NCBI GenBank assembly: GCA_029265905.1
Contig: JAJUGR010000005.1
Location: 2,553 to 66,552 of the forward strand
DNA from: Sporomusaceae bacterium
GTDB taxonomy: Bacteria > Bacillota > Negativicutes > Acidaminococcales > JAJUGR01
Reading direction: 5' to 3'
Length of the DNA stretch: 64,000 bases
The translations under genes and the position numbers were made by a program. The notes beneath the pieces were generated by a model. The model saw nothing but the letters and a program-made list of their open reading frames with translations. It had not been told where the DNA came from and searched no databases. Shown here in pieces: positions 16,506 through 24,085 of this stretch. Position 1 is the first letter of the stretch. Every line of letters starts with the position of its first letter.

Positions 16506-17861
16506 CTATCTGCGGTTTTTCTCAAAAAATGCGAGGGCAACGTCGGGGAAGACCGCATAGCTGAGAACGTCTTCCATCGAAGCGTTCGGGAAACCTTTTG
16601 CAGCCAGGTCCTGCTTTAGGGATTCAAGCTGCGGCGGAATGTCGTCAGCCGGACGATGGTCAATCCGCGGCTCATCGCCCAAGATGAGCTTCATCAATTC
16701 AGGATCGATCGGGCCTGGCGTACGGCCGTATTTGCCGCGGACGATGTCCTTAACCTCACGCGGAACGATCTTGTAGCGTTCGCCGACCATGACGTTGAAA
16801 GCAGCCATGGAGCCGACGATTTGGCTGGTCGGAGTAACGAGCGGCGGGTAGCCGAGCTCGGCCCGGACGCGCGGCATCTCTTCCAGAACAAGCGGATATT
16901 TGTCTTCGGCGCCTTGCTCCTTCATTTGGTTCAGCATGTTGGAAAGCATGCCGCCAGGAATCTGGTAGGTCAAGACTTTCGTATCGATCGAAATGTTGGT
17001 GTTGAGTTTGAAGTCTTTTTCCAAAGAAGTTTTAACGCCGCGGAAGAAATCAGCAATCGGGAAGAGCTTGTCTTTGCTCAAGCCGGTGTCGCGCTCCGTA
17101 CCTTCCAACGCTGCGATCATCGCCTCGGTGGCCGGTTGGCTCGTGCCCAAAGCAAACGGGGAGAGGGCGCAATCGATGATGTCGACGCCAGCTTCGATCG
17201 CCTTGAGGTAAGTCATCGAGCCCATGCCGCTCGTGTAGTGCGTGTGCAGGTCGATCGGCACGGTCGTTTCAGCTTTCAGGGTTTTCACCAGGCTGTAGGC
17301 AGCGTAAGGCGACAAGAGGCCGGCCATGTCCTTAATGCAGATGGAATCTGCACCCAGGCTGATCAGGTCTTTTGCCACGCGCAGGAAGTCTTCGTCCTTA
17401 TGGTAAGGGCTGATCGTGTAGACAAGGGCGCCTTGCACATGCGCACCGGATTCTTTTGCCGCTTTCATGGCGCACTCCAGGTTGCGAACGTCATTGAGTG
17501 CGTCAAACACGCGGATAATGCGAACGCCGTTGTCTACCGAGCGATGTACGAATTCGCGCACAACGTCGTCAGCGTAGTTGTTGTAGCCGAGAATGTTCTG
17601 TCCGCGCAAGAGCATTTGGATCGGGGTCTTGGTCAGGTGTTTGCGAAGGGTACGCAATCTTTGCCACGGATCCTCGTTCAAAAACCGCAGACAGCTGTCG
17701 AAAGTAGCACCGCCCCATGCTTCGAGTGCGTGATACCCAACCTCATCCAGTTGCTCTAGAACGGGAATCATGTCTTCCATCCGCATCCGCGTAGCAGCTA
17801 GCGATTGGTGTCCGTCGCGCAATACGGTCTCAACAATTTTGACCGGGGTGCTGTTGGTCAT
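16506..17861 (-). CDS. Oxaloacetate decarboxylase alpha / pyruvate carboxylase B / transcarboxylase 5S-type carboxyltransferase subunit (no biotinyl domain)
   Basis: 451 aa. IVETVLRDGHQSLAATRM..EAWGGATFD is the HMGL-like TIM-barrel signature. The protein ends without an AMKM biotin-carrier segment. Confidence 0.85.
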   Translation of the reverse strand: MTNSTPVKIVETVLRDGHQSLAATRMRMEDMIPVLEQLDEVGYHALEAWGGATFDSCLRFLNEDPWQRLRTLRKHLTKTPIQMLLRGQNILGYNNYADDVVREFVHRSVDNGVRIIRVFDALNDVRNLECAMKAAKESGAHVQGALVYTISPYHKDEDFLRVAKDLISLGADSICIKDMAGLLSPYAAYSLVKTLKAETTVPIDLHTHYTSGMGSMTYLKAIEAGVDIIDCALSPFALGTSQPATEAMIAALEGTERDTGLSKDKLFPIADFFRGVKTSLEKDFKLNTNISIDTKVLTYQIPGGMLSNMLNQMKEQGAEDKYPLVLEEMPRVRAELGYPPLVTPTSQIVGSMAAFNVMVGERYKIVPREVKDIVRGKYGRTPGPIDPELMKLILGDEPRIDHRPADDIPPQLESLKQDLAAKGFPNASMEDVLSYAVFPDVALAFFEKNRR

Positions 17862-17890
17862 GCTTTCATCTCTCCCTTGTTTTATTATTC

Positions 17891-17953
17891 AACAATATGT
17901 CACTTGATTCTAACATATTCTCAACTTTTTGAATATGAATAGTGCATATTGTT
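17891..17953. repeat. Nested inverted repeats in the AT-rich promoter region of the carboxyltransferase gene
   Basis: aacaatatg (17891-17899) pairs with catattgtt (17945-17953). Inside that, catattc (17914-17920) pairs with gaatatg (17931-17937). Direct repeats of the form (g/c)ATAC(c/g)TTATTT follow at about 17960 and 17981. Confidence 0.6.
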
Positions 17954-18056
17954 AAATTGCATACCTTATTTGGCAAACGGTATACGTTATTTACTGAACT
18001 GCATACGGCATACCAATTCTGAATTTAGTATACAAGATGCAAGATTTTCTTGCAAC

Positions 18057-19454
18057 CTATTTTCCCTTTGCGGGCAGAGAAAGATCACGGTCGAGCAGCC
18101 GTCCGACAACGCTTTCACCTTTGACGCCGCGCCAGTCCCCGGCTTGCTGCAGTGCCAAGAGATCTGCGTATAGGTGGCGGTTTTGCGCCGGGGTGGCGCT
18201 GGGCGCAGCGGCGGCCAATTGGTTGACGGCTTCGCAGCCTTCTTCGACGGAAATAAGGCGCGCGGGTCCGCCCACGCAGCCGCCTTTGCAAGCCATGCCT
18301 TCGATGAAGGTGGCTGGATGCGGATTGTTTGGCAGCGATTGCAGCAACTGGATGCATTCCGGGATGCCGTCGGCCTTGTGGCTGGAAAGTAAAGCGGCTT
18401 TTTCCGGCATCAGGTGGCGGATTGTTTCAGCCACCGCTTCGCTGACGCCGCCGCTGCGGGCGTAGATCCGGCCGCAGGCCGACGCCGTGCCTTTGGCGTC
18501 TTCCTCGATCGCGGCAAAATCAATGCCGACTGCCTGAAAAATTGTTTCCACCTCTTTGAAGGTAAGCACCAGGTCAACAGCGTCGGCGACATCCGGCATG
18601 GCCGCTTCGCCTTTTTTCGCCAGGCAGGGACCGATGAATACGACTTTTGCCTCCGGTATTTGCTTTTTCAACAGCCGCCCCGAAGCGACCATCGGCGATA
18701 CCGAGCCGGAAACGTGTGAAAGCAGCTCCGGGTAGCGGCTCTGCAGCAGCTTGATCCAAGCGGGGCAGCAGCAGCTGGTAATGAAAAAATCACCTTCGTG
18801 GTGGACATGTTCCGCAAATTCCAACGCCTCTTTCAAGGTCAGCATGTCCGCGGCTAAGGCCGTTTCAACCATGTCCGTGAAGCCGAGCATTCTTAGGGCG
18901 CGCTGCAGGCGCCCCAAGGATGCCTGCGGCCCGAATTGCCCGGCAAAGGCCGGCGCAACGGAAGCGAAGACTGGCGCGCCGCTTTTTAACAGCTCAATCA
19001 AGGTCACGATTTCGGTTTTTGCCGCAATGGCGCCTTCCGGACACCAGGAGAGGCAGAGGCCTTCCGACAAGCAACGGCTCTCATCGACCTGGGCAACGCC
19101 GGCGCTGCTGCGAATGATTGCGCCAGTCGGGCAGCTTTCACCGCAGGTGCCAGGCGGACAGTTGACGCAGTCTTCGGGATGGGCGATGACGATTGGATGG
19201 CTGACGCCGATCAGCGTTTCCGGATCAAAATCGTCACCGGTTTCATTTGGCTGCAAGGGACGCAAGCCCATTGCGACGCGGATTTCATTGACAACCGCGC
19301 GATGGGAAAGTGCGCCTGCGAACTCGGCCGACAAACGTTCGGCCAGGGTGCGGCCTGAATCGGCCAGCTCGCCATGCCAGGCTGCTTTGGCCACCTCAAG
19401 GAGTACGCGTGAGCGGATCGGGCCATAGTCGTTCATGATGATTCCTCCTTGCAT
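18057..19454 (-). CDS. [FeFe]-hydrogenase-family protein (H-domain with N-terminal ferredoxin-like clusters)
   Basis: 465 aa. All three H-cluster motifs are present: FITSCCCPAW (L1), GPCLAKKGE (L2) and EGMACKGGCVGGP (L3). Upstream lie CVNCPPGTCGESCP and CLSEGLCLSWCP Fe-S motifs and an approximately 90-aa N-terminal region of unknown type. Confidence 0.8.
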   Translation of the reverse strand: MQGGIIMNDYGPIRSRVLLEVAKAAWHGELADSGRTLAERLSAEFAGALSHRAVVNEIRVAMGLRPLQPNETGDDFDPETLIGVSHPIVIAHPEDCVNCPPGTCGESCPTGAIIRSSAGVAQVDESRCLSEGLCLSWCPEGAIAAKTEIVTLIELLKSGAPVFASVAPAFAGQFGPQASLGRLQRALRMLGFTDMVETALAADMLTLKEALEFAEHVHHEGDFFITSCCCPAWIKLLQSRYPELLSHVSGSVSPMVASGRLLKKQIPEAKVVFIGPCLAKKGEAAMPDVADAVDLVLTFKEVETIFQAVGIDFAAIEEDAKGTASACGRIYARSGGVSEAVAETIRHLMPEKAALLSSHKADGIPECIQLLQSLPNNPHPATFIEGMACKGGCVGGPARLISVEEGCEAVNQLAAAAPSATPAQNRHLYADLLALQQAGDWRGVKGESVVGRLLDRDLSLPAKGK

Positions 19455-19476
19455 TTAGAATTAATTATGGAAGTTT

Positions 19477-20655
19477 TTAATCGGGGAAGTTGGCCGCTGG
19501 TGTTCTGGCCGTCAGGCAAGCAGCCAACAGCAAGGGCGCAAGGGTAGCGAGCAGCATCAATTGCAAACCGTACGAATCGGCAAACCAGCCGCAACCTGCG
19601 GCGCCCAGGCCGCCCAGGCCATTAGAGAGGCCCAGCATCATGCCAGAAGCGAGGGAGCGGTTTTGCGGCAGCAAAATCTGGGCCCAGACGATTGACGAAG
19701 GCATGCTGGCTTGCAGCGTAGCGCCGGTGAGAAGCAACAGGACGGCAAAAGCGGGGTGGTTGACTGACAGCAGCCAATATAGTGCGCCATAAAACAGGAT
19801 GGCCAGCACTAACGAGAAGGCTACGCAACGCTTGTGGCCGATTTTATCGCCCACATAGCCGCCGGCTAATCCACCGAAAGCTCCGCCGATCAAATAAACG
19901 GTGAGGTACGCGCTGGCCGCCAAGGGTGAAAAACCGGCCTGCTGGATCAGAAAAACCGGCAAGAAGGTCATAAGCGCTACCTGAGTCCACGAGCGAAGAC
20001 CCATGGCCGCATTCAGAAGCCAAATGCTTGGTTTGCGGTACCAAGCGCTGTTGTCGGCGCCTGCGGCGAGCAGGGGCTTTCTGATCAATTGCAGGCGATG
20101 CAGTTTCGTCTGGTGAAGGATGCCGGTGAGAAGAAGCGCCGGCGCCATCAGCCAGGGGAGGGCGTGAAAGCCCTGTCTGCTCAGCCAAAAAGCAACGATG
20201 GCCGGCGATACGGCGAAGCCGAAGTTGCCGCCGCTGATAAACAGCGAGAGGCTAAGACCTGGATTGTGGTGCGACGCGATTTTGTGGGTCAGGCTTGAGG
20301 CGATCGGATGAAACAAAGAGGTGCCGACACCGCTGACGGCAACCAGCAGCAGCAGCCATTCAAAAGAGGGCGCGAAATTGGTCGTGCAAATAAAGACGGC
20401 GGAAAGAGGCAGGCTCCAGAGCAGCAAAGCCGTGTGCCCGCTGCGATCAACGATATAGCCGAAGACCGGCTGCATCACATTGGCAGTTAGCGAAGAAACA
20501 AGGACAAGCACACCGCTGGCGGTGAGCGAGAGTCCCTTTTGCGCAATCAGCAAAGGAATCAGGACCGGGAGAAAGGTGGCGTAAAAATCGCTGGCGAAAT
20601 GGCCGGCGGTAAGGGCCGCCAATCCCTTGCGGCGAAACACGGGATAGGAAGGCAT
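19477..20655 (-). CDS. MFS transporter
   Basis: 392 aa, 12-TM-like hydrophobic profile. The gene is only 22 nt upstream of the hydrogenase-like gene and 2 nt downstream of the DUF896 gene. Confidence 0.8.
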   Translation of the reverse strand: MPSYPVFRRKGLAALTAGHFASDFYATFLPVLIPLLIAQKGLSLTASGVLVLVSSLTANVMQPVFGYIVDRSGHTALLLWSLPLSAVFICTTNFAPSFEWLLLLVAVSGVGTSLFHPIASSLTHKIASHHNPGLSLSLFISGGNFGFAVSPAIVAFWLSRQGFHALPWLMAPALLLTGILHQTKLHRLQLIRKPLLAAGADNSAWYRKPSIWLLNAAMGLRSWTQVALMTFLPVFLIQQAGFSPLAASAYLTVYLIGGAFGGLAGGYVGDKIGHKRCVAFSLVLAILFYGALYWLLSVNHPAFAVLLLLTGATLQASMPSSIVWAQILLPQNRSLASGMMLGLSNGLGGLGAAGCGWFADSYGLQLMLLATLAPLLLAACLTARTPAANFPD

Positions 20656-20657
20656 AA

Positions 20658-20858
20658 TCAGTGACCCTTCGGCGGCGCGTCATCAACCTGCACGATCCGT
20701 ATGCTATCCAATTGTGATTTAACCTGTCCCTTGATATAATCAAGGTAAGTCCGGCGCAACATTGCCTGTTCCGCTTTTTCAACTTCACTCAAACCGCAGG
20801 TGCGCTGTTTATGGGCAAGGGCATTGATCTGCGCCAGCAGCTTTTCAATATCATTCAT
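20658..20858 (-). CDS. DUF896 (UPF0291, YnzC-like) small protein
   Basis: 66 aa. ..INALAHKQRTCGLSEVEKAEQAMLRRTYLDYIKGQVKSQLDSI.. matches the helical-hairpin YnzC pattern (EEEKAEQ..LR.EYL). Confidence 0.75.
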   Translation of the reverse strand: MNDIEKLLAQINALAHKQRTCGLSEVEKAEQAMLRRTYLDYIKGQVKSQLDSIRIVQVDDAPPKGH

Positions 20859-20901
20859 AACCGAGACCGCCTTTCTAATAAAAGCAATGCGCTATAATTG
20901 T

Positions 20902-20934
20902 GTTCATCATAGCAAAGATGAACGCAGGTGGCAA
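20902..20934 (-). promoter_or_regulatory. Sigma-70-type promoter of the DUF896-MFS-hydrogenase-like operon, with an inverted repeat bracketing the -10
   Basis: On the minus strand, TTGCCA (20934-20929), a 17-nt spacer, then TATGAT (20911-20906). A 7-bp inverted repeat, gttcatc (20902-20908) / gatgaac (20917-20923), overlaps the -10. Confidence 0.5.
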
Positions 20935-21095
20935 GAAAAGGGGCTTTTGGGCCAAGCAGCACCCGGTGAACAGGGTGAATTGATGGAAGATTGTGTGTTT
21001 CAAAAAGACGCCGGGTTGTTTTTTGGCGACCCGGTTTTCTCTTTTGCATCTTTGTGTTACAATGGTAAAATCAACAAATGAATGGAGGGTCCGTC

Positions 21096-21365
21096 ATGCA
21101 AATCGTACTGACGATTGTTGGTAAGGACAAAGTAGGTATTATTGCAAAGGTCAGTTCTCTCTTGGCGGAGAACAATGTCAATATTCTGAGCATTAACCAA
21201 ACCATCCTTGAAGGGTATTTCACCATGGTGATGTTGGCGGACATGGAAAAAGCGACGGTCAGCCTGCGCGAGCTGCAGCAAATTTTGCAGAAAAAAGGCG
21301 AAGAAATTGGTGTTGAGATCAAGGCTCAGCATGAAGATATTTTTCATGCCATGCATCGAATCTAA
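21096..21365 (+). CDS. ACT-domain protein (UPF0237 family)
   Basis: [46 protein letters not shown].. The ATG at 21096 is 6 nt after GGAGGG. This family always partners with the following DUF711 gene. Confidence 0.8.
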   Translation: MQIVLTIVGKDKVGIIAKVSSLLAENNVNILSINQTILEGYFTMVMLADMEKATVSLRELQQILQKKGEEIGVEIKAQHEDIFHAMHRI

Positions 21366-21376
21366 GGAGGCATACG

Positions 21377-22735
21377 ATGTTTAATATTCGGGAAGTGCTG
21401 GAAACGAACCGGATGATTCAGGAAAACAACCTGGATGTAAGAACAATTACGATGGGAATCAGCCTTCGAGATTGCGCGCATGAGGATGTTAAAGCGGCCA
21501 CAGCGCGCATTTACGAGAAGATTACCCACCGGGCGGAAAAACTAGTGCGCATCGGCGAGGAACTGGAAGCCGAATATGGCGTGCCGATTATCAACAAGCG
21601 CATTTCTGTGACGCCGATTTCCATGGTTGCCGAAAGCAGCAAGACTGAAGACTATGTCCCGTTTGCCGCCGCGCTGGACAAAGCGGCTAAAGCGGTCGGG
21701 GTCAACTTCATCGGCGGGTTTTCAGCGTTGGTGGACAAGGGCTATACCGACGGCGATAAAAAGCTGATCCGGGCGATTCCGGAGGCGCTGGCGACGACCG
21801 ATATCGTTTGTTCTTCGGTCAGTGTCGGTTCGACAAAAAGCGGCATCAACATGGACGCCGTGCGGGAAATGGGACAGGTCATCAAAGCGGCGAGCCTCCG
21901 CACTGCTGACCGCGATGCCATCGGCTGCGCCAAGCTGGTCGTGTTTTGCAATGCTGTGCCGGACAATCCCTTTATGGCCGGCGCTTTTCATGGCGTGACC
22001 GAGCCGGAACTGGTAATCAATGTCGGGGTCAGCGGCCCCGGCGTAGTCAAACGCGCCCTCGAAGACGTAAAAGGGGCTGACTTTGGCGTTGTGGCCGAGA
22101 CGGTCAAGAAAACGGCCTTTAAAATTACCCGGGTCGGACAGCTTGTTGCCCAAGAAGCGGCGCGGCGGCTGAACGCCAATTTCGGCATTATCGACCTCTC
22201 GCTCGCGCCGACGCCGGCGATCGGCGACAGCGTTGCCTATATTTTGGAGGAGATGGGCCTGGAGTGCTGTGGCGCGCCGGGCACAACGGCGGCGCTGGCT
22301 TTGCTCAATGACGCCGTCAAAAAGGGCGGACTGATGGCCTCCAGCTATGTCGGCGGCTTAAGCGGCGCGTTTATTCCGGTCAGCGAAGACGCCGGCATGA
22401 TTGCCGCCGTGGAAAAAGGCTGCCTGTCCTTGGAAAAATTAGAAGCCATGACGTGCGTTTGCTCAGTCGGCCTCGATATGATTGCAATCCCCGGCGATAC
22501 GACGGCTGAGACAATTGCCGCTATTATCGCCGATGAAGCGGCGATCGGCATGATCAACAACAAAACGACGGCGGTGCGGATTATCCCCGTACCAGGCAAA
22601 AAAGTGGGCGACAATGTTGAGTTTGGCGGCCTGCTGGGGCATTGCCCGATCATGAAGGTCAACTCTTTCCGGGCCGATGATTTTATCGCTCGCGGCGGAC
22701 GCATTCCCGCCCCGGTTCGGAGCCTGACCAACTGA
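21377..22735 (+). CDS. UPF0210/DUF711-family protein (function unknown)
   Basis: 452 aa. [30 protein letters not shown]... is a characteristic UPF0210 N-terminus. The gene starts 11 nt after the ACT gene. Confidence 0.85.
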   Translation: MFNIREVLETNRMIQENNLDVRTITMGISLRDCAHEDVKAATARIYEKITHRAEKLVRIGEELEAEYGVPIINKRISVTPISMVAESSKTEDYVPFAAALDKAAKAVGVNFIGGFSALVDKGYTDGDKKLIRAIPEALATTDIVCSSVSVGSTKSGINMDAVREMGQVIKAASLRTADRDAIGCAKLVVFCNAVPDNPFMAGAFHGVTEPELVINVGVSGPGVVKRALEDVKGADFGVVAETVKKTAFKITRVGQLVAQEAARRLNANFGIIDLSLAPTPAIGDSVAYILEEMGLECCGAPGTTAALALLNDAVKKGGLMASSYVGGLSGAFIPVSEDAGMIAAVEKGCLSLEKLEAMTCVCSVGLDMIAIPGDTTAETIAAIIADEAAIGMINNKTTAVRIIPVPGKKVGDNVEFGGLLGHCPIMKVNSFRADDFIARGGRIPAPVRSLTN

Positions 22736-23382
22736 TGCAGAGCCAGGAACGTTCGCGCGAGATTTTGCGCCGCTTGTCCGTTCATTACCACGGCGCAGCG
22801 ACCGCGCTTTCCTATCAAACTCCCTTCGAACTGCTGGTGGCGGTGGTGCTGTCGGCGCAATGCACGGATGAGCGGGTCAACCGGGTGACCGCGCGATTGT
22901 TTCCGGCGTACAACACGCCGGAAAAGCTCGGCGCGCTGTCGCAGGCACAACTAGAAGCGCTGATTCGCGACTGCGGCCTGTTCCGGACAAAGGCGAAAAA
23001 CCTGCTGCTGACTTGTGCAAGGCTTCAACAGCAGTATGGCGGCGATGTGCCGCGGACGCAGGCGGCACTGATGACGCTGCCGGGCGTAGGGCGCAAAACA
23101 GCGAACGTGTTGGTGAGCCACCTGTTCGACGTTCCGGCTATCGCGGTTGATACGCATGTCTTTCGCACGGCCCATCGTTTGGGCCTGGCAAAGGGGGCTT
23201 CGCCTGAGGAAGTGGAAAAGGAGCTAATGGCGGCTATCCCCAAACAAGATTGGTCGGACGCCCATCACTGGCTGATTTGGCATGGACGCAAATTGTGTCA
23301 TGCGCGCAAACCGAATTGCCCGGAATGCTTTTTGAACGATATATGCCCCTATGGGGAGAAAACACCTTCGCCTGGACAATAG
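22735..23382 (+). CDS. nth: Endonuclease III
   Basis: 215 aa. LSAQCTDERVN, the HhH-GPD motif LPGVGRKTANVL, and the Fe-S loop CHARKPNCPECFLNDICPY. The start overlaps the DUF711 stop (TGATG). Confidence 0.92.
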   Translation: MQSQERSREILRRLSVHYHGAATALSYQTPFELLVAVVLSAQCTDERVNRVTARLFPAYNTPEKLGALSQAQLEALIRDCGLFRTKAKNLLLTCARLQQQYGGDVPRTQAALMTLPGVGRKTANVLVSHLFDVPAIAVDTHVFRTAHRLGLAKGASPEEVEKELMAAIPKQDWSDAHHWLIWHGRKLCHARKPNCPECFLNDICPYGEKTPSPGQ

Positions 23383-23395
23383 GCGAAGGTGTTTA

Positions 23396-23953
23396 TTATT
23401 GGTAGGGGTAGTCCATTTGCCGGCGGATCGCCGTTTGGGCTTCCTCGCCCGCCAAGCGTCTGACCAAGTGAAGGCCCAGATCGAGGGACGAAGAAACGCC
23501 GCGCGCCGTGACAACCGGGCCTTCGTCAACGATTCGGTCGGTGCGCACTTCCTGACAGTAAGGACGCAGCTGCTCGTAGGCGGAAGGATGCGTCGTGGCG
23601 GCGCAACCGGTCAAAAAGCCGGCGGCGCCCAATAGGAGCGAACCTGAGCAGACCGAGGCTTTGAGCGGACAGTCAGCGGCTGTCCGCAGCCAGCGGATAA
23701 AGGCGGCGTCGTGCCGGAGGGTGCGCGTGGCAAAGCCGCCGGGAACAACCAGCAGGTCAAAGCCGCGCAAGGTTTCGGTCGGGGTGGTTAGGATGGTTAG
23801 ACCGTGCTCGTCTTGCACCTGGCTTGTTTGCGCGCACAGCTGAAACGAGAATTCCGGCAAAAAGCGCATGGTGCGCAGGCGGTAAAGGGCGTCGTAAAAG
23901 CCGATGAAGTCAAGCACCGTAAGGCCGTTGTATAATACATAGGCTGCACGCAT
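23396..23953 (-). CDS. DJ-1/PfpI-family protein
   Basis: Nucleophile-elbow motif ASVCSGSLLLGAAG. The ATG at 23953 is 6 nt after AGGAGG. Confidence 0.8.
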   Translation of the reverse strand: MRAAYVLYNGLTVLDFIGFYDALYRLRTMRFLPEFSFQLCAQTSQVQDEHGLTILTTPTETLRGFDLLVVPGGFATRTLRHDAAFIRWLRTAADCPLKASVCSGSLLLGAAGFLTGCAATTHPSAYEQLRPYCQEVRTDRIVDEGPVVTARGVSSSLDLGLHLVRRLAGEEAQTAIRRQMDYPYQ

Positions 23954-24085
23954 AAGGCACCTCCTTTTTTGCAAGTTATTGGCTAACGGCGGGCAAAATC
24001 CTGCCGGACGGAAAAATTGTCCGCTTACTGTCGTGATGTGATAGACTTAAAAAAAGAAGTTTATGGGATAAAGGAGCAGCAAATC

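Noticed and set aside
17862-18056. AT-rich stretch as a possible edge of a genomic island or insertion scar.
   Set aside because: It is only about 195 nt long. No integrase, transposase, tRNA target, direct flanking repeats or compositional shift occurs in the neighbouring genes. It is more simply a promoter/regulatory spacer.
20893-20898. Perfect TATAAT on the + strand as a promoter for a leader or sRNA running into the hairpin at 21010-21045.
   Set aside because: The corresponding -35 region (CCTTTC) is poor, and the hexamer lies inside the 5' UTR of the minus-strand DUF896 gene. The finding mentions it, but it is not called as a feature.
20902-20923. LexA/DinR SOS box upstream of the DUF896 (YnzC-like) gene, by analogy with the B. 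subtilis yneA-yneB-ynzC SOS operon.
   Set aside because: The repeat is GTTCATC-N8-GATGAAC. The half-sites are in the opposite order and at the wrong spacing compared with the Firmicute consensus CGAAC-N4-GTTCG. I keep it only as a generic operator candidate.
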